A DNA stretch of 63,876 nt, the filler included, from Octopus bimaculoides (Eukaryota), in the NCBI RefSeq assembly GCF_001194135.2. It is 4 parts of 4 records of this genome, joined end to end, with 100 filler letters (N's around TTAATTAATTAA, not from the genome) between each part and the next. Parts side by side here need not be neighbours in the genome. Positions count along the whole stretch, not along the records: positions 49,640 to 62,541 come from NC_069002.1; positions 62,642 to 63,876 come from NC_068986.1; 2 more parts are not named here. One strand, written 5' to 3'. This document shows positions 59,606 to 63,876 of this stretch, one piece after another. How positions within the stretch are numbered: the first letter of the stretch is position 1; each line of letters begins with the position of its first letter. The translations under genes were made by a program, and so were the position numbers. The notes under the pieces were generated by a model. It saw only the letters and a program-made list of their open reading frames with translations, did not search any database and was not told the origin of the DNA.

Positions 59606-62541
59606 TCCAGGGTCACCTCCCTTTGCACCTCTCTACACTTCAGTGGAAGTTAATTACTCCTATCTTTAACAGTGATTCATCCTCGTTATTGTAGTCAGTT
59701 AGTGTTTCTGTGAGTCGTAGATTTTTGCAGAAATGCGAAATATTGCCTTTAACGTCACTCAGGTTAGACCTTCGTGGTGTTGGGGTAAATTTTTATCCTT
59801 TAGTTAATATACTGATTTTTGTTGCAAAGAGAATTTTCTCTGATAACTTTATTATTTTGGGTTTCTCTTATTTGTTTTGTTCCAGCTTGTGCCCCAGTCT
59901 CTCCACTCGGTCTAAAAAATGCTTACTGTAATTTCGTTGGTAGAAATTGTTAGTGATATTAATTACATTAAGATTGCTGGGAAGGCTGCTTTTATAGGGG
60001 TTCTTTAGAATCAAAGCACATAAAAAATGGGCACCATGTCATAGAGCTTACAATGACATAAAACACCACTGAAGATTTCAAGTGCTCACAGGATTCTGTA
60101 GATATGCAAGTGCCAAATCCATTTTATAACCGTAGATCCTACTAACAATTAGGTCTTCGGCGTTGCATAAGTATAAATCTTAAATATAAATCACGTTTAA
60201 AATTTGGCAACTGATCCGGCAGCGTTTTATTCAATGTACTCATCAAAACTTATATCACGATATATAGTCCACCATCATCAGATAAAGTTTTAACCATCGA
60301 CCTGTAAGCATCAAAATAATTATTTCGGAATCGTGTAAGTGGAGCGTCAGAAAAGAATGAAACAATCGCTGAAAAGTAAGCGTGCTGAACAGTAGAAAGA
60401 ACTTATGGCTGTTGCGGTGTAAAAACTTAGGTATTGCCGAAGAGATAAATATCAAATGGCTCAGGTGAAGGAAAATATCACAATTTTACGAGAAACGGAG
60501 TATGGAAATGTATATCTAAAACATATAACTACAGAAAATAGTGGCCGTTTGGAGACAAGTATGACGAAAAACAGAATACGATATAGAGATGAGATTTGAC
60601 AAGCTTCAAATTTTTAGTAAGGGGCCTCGTGTTGTGATATAGTTGTTACGTAATCCCAATTCGATCTTGATAAAACAAACGCAGAGTCAATGACAAGTCA
60701 TCGACGAACTCTTCGTATTAGTTGTGTTTCTGCTTAAATTATCCAGCATTTCCTTTCTTTAACACTGAATTGTGTAATTTAAGGTGGCTTTGATTTCTTT
60801 CTTTTAGCATATCATAAATAACATGCTGAGATTGCCATCCCTCTTTCACTCGAGTTTCAAAGCGAAATATTTTTGGAAACCAGTGATTTCTAATTTCATT
60901 CTCCATTACAATAAATCTTTTCAATGACCCTCCGACAACGCTACTAAGACAACTTACCATATCGCAACAAACCGCCATCATCACAAATAGCACCCCCACC
61001 ATACCGCCAACAACACTAAAACAACATCAATAATAACAACGACATCCCCGCACCCTCTAATAAATACATTATCTATTGACGAAATGCTAAGTCATGGTTG
61101 GTGTCAATCCAGTTCTCGTGTAAGAATATTAAAGCTCTGATCTTGCTAAATTATGCATGAGGCAGCAATCACTTACAAATACTTTTATCAACTGTAATGT
61201 CGCGTTGACCGGGCGTTGAGTGTGCATCGGCCTAGCGAGCAAGAACCCTTAAACTCCCCTCACATGGTGCACACGATGATGTATTCGTTTGGATAATGTT
61301 CGTCTGTTTAGCAATTTAATATGAAAGAAATAAATGAGAAATGCGAAGCGTCGTAAGTTGCGCAAATGATGGGAATGGCGCGGAGATGGCAATGCCATGT
61401 TGTTGTTGCTGCTGTTGTCGTATTTGTTACTGCTGCTGCTTTTGGTATTGTTGTTTTCGTTGTTGTTGATAGCGGTGATGGTGGTGGGAGATTACTGAGA
61501 GTTTCATCATCATTTATAGGTTTAGTTGATTTATTACACTCAATCCATAATTAATTCAACTGTTTCTACTTCCATCCACCCATTAAGATGCTGAATACCT
61601 CCTATTCAAAAGTTGATAAAGAAACACAAGATAAAAAGGAAAACAAAAGCGTTTATATTTTTACGATTTTAAATAATATATTTCTCTTTATTTTATTTCA
61701 TATATGTTGTTAGTTTGTTTGTGTATTTTTATCTTAACGCGTTTTAAGGATAAATTTATCAAAGAATCGTTGAAGTGAATTTATGAACTCTGATAAAAAG
61801 AAACAGATGAAGAAAATAACAACAACAATAACAAGAACAACAGCATAAACGGTGACAAAAATAATATCAGCAATAACAACAATGATAATGACAACGATGT
61901 TAGAAGGAAGAACGACAGTAAATATAATAGCAGCAACAACAGTAACAAGAATAGAGACAAGAAAAATATGAAGCAGCAAGGACAATAATGAATACTCCAA
62001 AAAAGAAAAGGAAAAAGATACGATAACAGCGGCAACAAGGACGGCCATGACGATGACGATCAGTAATAGAACCGCACCAACAGCAACAGCAAGAGCAATG
62101 ATAAAAAAGGATGTTGACGACGACAACAATGATACTGAAAAATAACTAAAAGAGAAATTAAATATAAAAAGAGAGCAACGTTGACTATGATCATGAGATT
62201 AAAATCTAAAGTGCCGTTGCGAAGGCAGAATTACTTACATTCATATTCAGAAACCACGAGGAAAGAAAATAGCTGGAGAGTTAGAGATTTGAATGAGTGT
62301 TGAGGGAGGGAAGGTATCAGAGGGTGTGTGTGTGTGTGTGTGTATGTGTGTGTGTGTCAGTGTGTGTTTGCTGCTATGTTTGTGTGTGCATGTCAGTGTG
62401 TGTTGTTACTGTTTCCTTCTTGATTTAGCTTTTTTGTTTGTGTTGTTGTTGGTGTCTTTCATTTAAAACGTCAAATGAAGGTAAAGAATTCAATTTATGA
62501 GCGCGTCACACCACAAAAAGACATGCACACACACACACACA

Positions 62542-62641
62542 NNNNNNNNNNNNNNNNNNNNNNNNNNNNNNNNNNNNNNNNNNNNTTAATTAATTAANNN
62601 NNNNNNNNNNNNNNNNNNNNNNNNNNNNNNNNNNNNNNNNN
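62542..62641. other. Assembly artefact: 44 N + TTAATTAATTAA + 44 N spacer
   Basis: Same geometry as the other two. Confidence 0.95.
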
Positions 62642-62903
62642 GCAGAATGAGGCCGAACGGAGGCATGTACGATATAATTCCGCTCTAATGGTGCAGAGGG
62701 AGGTCGAACGGACGGACGTACGTTCGAATTCCGCTCGAATGGTGCAGAGGAGGCCGAACGGACGCAAGTACGTTCGAATTCTGCTTGATCGGTGCAGAGG
62801 GAGGCCAAACGGACGCACGTGCGTTCGAATTCCGCTCGAACAGTGCACAGGGAGGCTAAACGGTAGCACGTACGTTCGAATTCCGCTAGAACGGTGCAGC
62901 GGG
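62642..62903. repeat. About 51-bp CpG-rich satellite, about 5 units before a gap
   Basis: ggtgcag recurs at 62690, 62741, 62791, (62842) and 62893. Confidence 0.9.
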
Positions 62904-63024
62904 NNNNNNNNNNNNNNNNNNNNNNNNNNNNNNNNNNNNNNNNNNNNNNNNNNNNNNNNNNNNNNNNNNNNNNNNNNNNNNNNNNNNNNNNNNNNNNNNN
63001 NNNAAGCACGTGCTGAGGGAGGCT

Positions 63025-63876
63025 TGACGTACGCCCGTTCTGCCGAAGAGCTACGGAGCGTCGTCCGTTGTTCTTTCCTCAACGTAAGGCCATTCTGCCG
63101 ATGATCTACGGAGTGTCGTCCGTTGCTCTTGCCTCAACGTACGCCCGTTCTGCCGAAGAACTACGGAGCTTCGTCCGTTGCTCTTGCCTCAACGTAAGCC
63201 CGTCCTGCCGAAGAGCAACGAAGCTTCGTCCGTTGCTCTTGCCTCAACGTACGTCCGTTCTACCGAAGATCTACGGAGCTTCGTCCGTTGCTCTTGCCTC
63301 AACGTAAGCCCGTCCTGCCGAAGAGCAACGAAGCTTCGTCCGTTGCTCTTGCCTCAACGTACGTCCGTTCTACCNNNNNNNNNNCGGAGCTTCGTCCGTT
63401 GGTCTTGCCTCGACGTACGCCCGTTCTCCCGAAGAGCCATGGAGCTTCGTCCGTTGCTCTTGCCTCAACGCATGCCCATTTTCCGAAGAGCTACGGAGGT
63501 TCGTCCGTTGCTCTTGCCACAACGTACGCCCGTTCTGCCGAAGAGTCACGGAGCTTCGTCCGTTGTTCTTGCCTCAACGTACGCCTGTTCTGCCGAAGAA
63601 ATTCGGAGCTTCGTCCGTTGCTCTTGTCTCAATGTACGCACGTTCTGACGAAGGGCTACGGAGCTTCGTCCGTTGGACTTGCCTCAACGTACGCCCGATC
63701 TGGCGAAGAGCCACGGAGCTTCGTCCGTTTCTCTTGCCTACACGTTCGCCCGTTTTTCCGAAGAGCCACGGATTATCGTCCATTGCTCTTGCCTCAACGT
63801 ACGTAAGTTTTTCCGAATATCTACGGAGGTTCGTCCGTTGCTCTTGCCTCAACGTACGCCCGATCTGCCGAAGAGC
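63025..63876. repeat. 55-bp CpG-rich satellite, about 15 units, running off the window
   Basis: Consensus GAGCTTCGTCCGTTGCTCTTGCCTCAACGTACGCCCGTTCTGCCGAAGAGCTACG; tcgtccgttg at 63061, 63116 and 63171. Confidence 0.95.

Noticed and set aside
62642-63876. CRISPR array or repeat-protein gene
   Set aside because: Head-to-tail units with no unique spacers, no cas genes and a eukaryotic context; the ORFs are just stop-poor translations of a 55-bp unit (not a multiple of 3)

Overview
Draft-assembly eukaryotic genomic DNA: AT-rich, packed with microsatellites and SINEs, many N gaps. The repeat content suggests a coleoid cephalopod such as Octopus (inference, no database search run). The only host protein-coding gene I can support is the 3' end of a Myt1/Myt1l/ST18-family C2HC zinc-finger neural transcription factor on the minus strand. 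It has three firm exons (10509-10694, 2411-2571, 389-780) and a probable in-frame 36-nt microexon (5691-5726) that is absent from the ORF track. The upstream coding exons are not visible. The rest is intronic or intergenic repeat: several tRNA-derived SINE families (my labels A, B, E), an RTE-tailed repeat (C), a non-coding (AAT)n-embedded repeat (D), fragments of R4/Dong-like, RTE, CR1-like and Penelope retroelements, mariner/Tc1, hAT and piggyBac MITEs, a cluster of long fold-back hairpins and two CpG-rich satellites. Most notable: (i) a tRNA-headed module carrying a minimal hammerhead ribozyme, found both at the 3' end of a Penelope-like element and as solo copies; (ii) the microexon; (iii) a rule by which (AAT)n/(ATT)n polarity predicts the orientation of the inserted elements; (iv) three artificial 100-bp gaps holding a six-frame-stop spacer, so contiguity across them is unproven. 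Repeat boundaries are by eye (about +/-10-20 bp). Exon boundaries were read base by base.
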